Positions 63,678-64,000 of a stretch of 64,000 nucleotides of DNA are shown here, one piece after another (position 1 is the stretch's first letter; every line of letters starts with the position of its first letter). The notes beneath the pieces were generated by a model that did no database searches, was not told the DNA's origin, and worked only from the letters and a program-made list of their open reading frames with translations. Position numbers and translations under genes: made by a program. The DNA is from Macrostomum hystrix (taxonomy: Eukaryota > Animalia > Platyhelminthes). Location of the stretch: the NCBI GenBank assembly GCA_950097015.1, contig CATNEN010000039.1, positions 15,686,001 to 15,750,000 on the forward strand, in the 5' to 3' direction.

Positions 63678-64000
63678 CTGAAAATACAGCTGCTAAAAAG
63701 TATGTACTAGACGAATTAAAAACTTTTCTGCTCCCTGAATAGGGGCAAAACTTGCTAGTGAAATTTACTAAAACCAAAAATGATTTTTCATTCTATTTTA
63801 TTGTTATACTCTGTGCAACTAAAAAATAGCTCTACTGAATTGTTAAAACGCATGCAGAAAACATTAGTTGCGCTGCAAAATTAATACGGGATGGTTTGCG
63901 TAAAAAAAAATCGTCGATTAGCTATTGTGTCTGGCTTTGTGCATTTACTTTTGAATAATCTGTTAGTGTTAGAAATATTAGAGAGTAGCAAAGCTGAAGG
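63678..64000 (+). repeat. Near-identical copy of 32847-33169 (3' flank of Ly6-like copy A)
   Basis: CTGAAAATACAGC.GCTAAAAAGTATGTACTAGACG...GTAGCAAAGCTGAAGG matches to the window end. Confidence 0.93.

Overview
Eukaryotic (metazoan, probably invertebrate) genomic DNA with spliced GT-AG genes and a very high density of minisatellites; no prokaryotic features and no CRISPR. Bases 1-28 kb hold three multi-exon genes: XRRA1 (+, 11 exons), MED26 (+, 3 exons) and a ZIP7/SLC39A7 zinc transporter (-, 4 exons). Several of their introns are filled by unrelated minisatellites, and a disabled rhodopsin-like GPCR follows. Bases 29-55 kb are a transposon patchwork: an apparently intact LOA/R1-type LINE (APE-RT-RNase H) with a structured 97-bp tandem 5' UTR, CsRn1-clade Gypsy pieces with a -1 frameshift signal, DIRS-like RT fragments, a 2.35-kb solo-LTR-like insert with TSD, EnSpm-like termini with a DUF4806-like gene, a Tc1/IS630-type DDE fragment and an orphan acetyl-CoA synthetase last exon. 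Embedded in this patchwork are two duplicated two-exon, Ly6/three-finger-like secreted genes, with the flank of a probable third copy at the window end. Their promoters, signal peptides and introns are almost identical but their mature loops are strongly diverged; this is the most interesting signal. An intact single-exon GPCR lies at 58.1-59.2 kb. All assignments were made by eye from motifs and recalled family sequences, with no database search.
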